From: a virus
Lineage: Duplodnaviria > Heunggongvirae > Uroviricota > Caudoviricetes
IMG/VR virus record: IMGVR_UViG_2721755676_000005
Location: 1 to 7,647 of that record
Reading direction: 5' to 3' (one strand)
Length of the DNA: 7,647 nucleotides
Under the pieces are notes generated by a model, which was given only the letters and a program-made list of their open reading frames with translations, had not been told where the DNA came from and did no database searches. Positions 6,138 through 7,647 of this stretch are shown here, in pieces. Position 1 is the first letter of the stretch, and every line of letters begins with the position of its first letter. The position numbers and the translations under genes were made by a program.

Positions 6138-7245
6138 GAATAATGTTTCAGTACCTAACTTATATCCGCTTTATAGTAGGAAGGTAAATAAAGTCTATTG
6201 GCGGTATAAGCATCCAGTAACAGGGAAATTTCATGCGTTGGGAACTAACGAAGCTGAAGCCATCGCTATTGCCACTGAAGCCAATACACGCCTGGCTGAA
6301 CAAAGAACCCGACAGATTCTGGCTATCAGTGACAGGATCGCAACCTGCAAAGGAAAAGCGATCACAACGTCAACCTGGTTAGATCGCTATCAAGCGATCC
6401 AGGATGATAGGCTCAAAAGTGGTGATATAAGACTCAATACCTATAAGCAAAAAGCCAAACCAGTATCCTTGCTCAGAGAACGAGCAGGAATGAAGTTGAT
6501 CTCATCCGTTGATGTCAGAGATATAGCACAATTGCTTGATGAGTATATTACAGCTGGACAGCCTAGAATGGCCCAAGTCGTAAGGTCTGTATTAATCGAT
6601 GTGTTTAAGGAAGCACAGCATTATGGCGAAGTTCCACCAGGGTATAACCCTGCTCTTGCGACGAAGCAACCCAGAAGGAAAATCACCCGTCAACGCCTCA
6701 GCCTGGAAGAATGGCAAAAAATTTTTGATATCGCAGACTCCACTCATCGTTACATGGGAAATGCCATGCTGTTAGCGCTGGTTACTGGCCAACGTTTGGG
6801 AGATATATCCAAAATGAAATTCAGCGATATCTGGGATGATCATCTGCATATCGAACAGGAAAAAACCGGCAGCAAAATAGCCATTCCTCTTTCTCTTCGT
6901 TTGAATGTAATCAACTGGAGCCTGCGCGATGTTGTAGCTCGCTGCCGTGACTATGTAGATAGTCCATACTTAGTACATTTTTTCAGATCAACTTCACAGG
7001 CAGAACGTGGGGCACAAGTAAAAGCTAATACTCTGACTATGAATTTTAGCAAAGCAAGGGATCTGGCTGAAATTGATTGGGGTGAAGGAACCCCAGCAAC
7101 CTTTCATGAGCAACGTTCATTGTCAGAAAGGCTATACAAAGAACAGGGAATAGATACTCAGAAATTGCTGGGACATAAAACCCAGCAACAAACTGATCGT
7201 TATAACGATCTCCGCGGAAAAAATTGGGTAACTTTAACAATATGA
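6118..7245 (+). CDS. intE: Lambda-family tyrosine integrase (IntE-like), about 375 aa
   Basis: Tyrosine-recombinase catalytic signature is visible: R in ...LVTGQRLGD..., H-x-x-R in FHEQRSLSERLY, then LLGHK and the catalytic Tyr in TDRYND. I take the ATG at 6118 as the start (the ORF-track start at 6115 is GTG). Confidence 0.9.
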   Translation: MAARPRKNNVSVPNLYPLYSRKVNKVYWRYKHPVTGKFHALGTNEAEAIAIATEANTRLAEQRTRQILAISDRIATCKGKAITTSTWLDRYQAIQDDRLKSGDIRLNTYKQKAKPVSLLRERAGMKLISSVDVRDIAQLLDEYITAGQPRMAQVVRSVLIDVFKEAQHYGEVPPGYNPALATKQPRRKITRQRLSLEEWQKIFDIADSTHRYMGNAMLLALVTGQRLGDISKMKFSDIWDDHLHIEQEKTGSKIAIPLSLRLNVINWSLRDVVARCRDYVDSPYLVHFFRSTSQAERGAQVKANTLTMNFSKARDLAEIDWGEGTPATFHEQRSLSERLYKEQGIDTQKLLGHKTQQQTDRYNDLRGKNWVTLTI

Positions 7246-7356
7246 ATATTTACATGTATTAGTCGCGACTTGATCTGACACTGAGCCTTGAAAGGTTGAG
7301 AGTTACCGGTTTTGATATGGGTGTCGAATCCTTATACAAAACACGAGGTAACTCTC

Positions 7357-7647
7357 ATGCTTCATACTACCAATCCCGTTATCAAACACAAAACCGGTTT
7401 GCTCAATCTGGCTGAAGAACTCAGCAACGTATCAAAAGCCTGTAAAATCATGGGCGTTTCGCGTGATACGTTTTATCGTTACCGCGAACTGGTCGATGAA
7501 GGTGGTGTGGATGCGCTGATTAATCGTAGTCGCCGCGCTCCTAACCTTAAGAACCGTACCGATGAGGCAACTGAACAGGCTGTTGTTGATTACGCCGTCG
7601 CTTTCCCGGCACACAGTCAGCACCGGACGCAGCAACGAGCTGCGTAA
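7357..7647 (+). CDS. IS-element transposase, N-terminal HTH region (resembles IS481-like DDE transposases); partial or interrupted at the window edge
   Basis: ATG at 7357 with GAGGT 7 nt upstream (the ORF-track start at 7312 is TTG). Translation ...SKACKIMGVSRDTFYRYRELVDEGGVDALINRSRRAPNLK... is a typical transposase N-terminal HTH followed by the RSRRP motif. Family assignment is from memory only. An in-frame TAA occupies the last three bases of the window. Confidence 0.55.
   Translation: MLHTTNPVIKHKTGLLNLAEELSNVSKACKIMGVSRDTFYRYRELVDEGGVDALINRSRRAPNLKNRTDEATEQAVVDYAVAFPAHSQHRTQQRAA

Larger units (their letters stand above)
1695..7245. mobile_element. e14-like cryptic prophage remnant (minimum extent seen: mcrA, pin, invertible tail-fibre segment, xis, int); the int-side boundary is not visible in the window
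   Basis: icd-fragment junction at about 1694/1695, followed by a gene set and order characteristic of the e14 element (mcrA-pin-stf/tfa cassettes, and xis-int). Much less GC-skewed and more AT-rich flanks than the host genes. Confidence 0.75.

Noticed and set aside
7046-7240. 64-aa minus-strand ORF
   Set aside because: Antisense within the 3' end of int.
5892-7245. Small overlapping gene pair that could be read as a toxin-antitoxin module
   Set aside because: The second gene has the full tyrosine-recombinase catalytic signature and the first is an excisionase-sized basic protein; this is xis-int.
7312-7356. 15-codon 5' extension of the transposase ORF
   Set aside because: Starts at TTG with no ribosome-binding site; the ATG at 7357 has GAGGT at the right spacing.
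7432-7635. 67-aa minus-strand ORF
   Set aside because: Antisense within the transposase N-terminal coding region.
1-7647. CRISPR array, tRNA or rRNA
   Set aside because: No regularly spaced short direct repeats and no tRNA-like cloverleaf noticed by eye; the element is attached at an icd fragment rather than a tRNA gene.

Overview
This window looks like an E. coli-type chromosome segment that runs from two host genes into a heavily reduced e14-like cryptic prophage. All calls rest on reading the translations and sequence by eye; no database search was possible. Left to right: a YcgX-like DUF1398 gene (1-405), a ~700-bp AT-rich intergenic region, iraM (1101-1424), then the displaced 3' end of icd with its terminator (icdC, minus strand, ~1471-1694), which marks the prophage junction. 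Inside the element are mcrA (type IV HNH restriction endonuclease), a Pin-family serine invertase, and a ~1.9-kb invertible segment bounded by inverted 26-bp crossover sites (3474-3499 and 5365-5390). The segment carries two convergent cassettes, each a tail-fibre variable C-terminus plus a Tfa chaperone; the minus-strand cassette is currently fused in frame to a short tail-fibre constant stub. About 230 bp beyond that stub lie xis and a lambda-family tyrosine integrase, with no immunity, replication or morphogenesis genes in between, and an IS-type transposase begins at the window edge. I do not see a wholly new system; the most notable points are the minimal 'restriction + inversion switch + int/xis' architecture, a structured inverted-repeat element at the stub/xis junction, and ~50-bp direct repeats bracketing iraM. 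No CRISPR array, tRNA or rRNA was seen.
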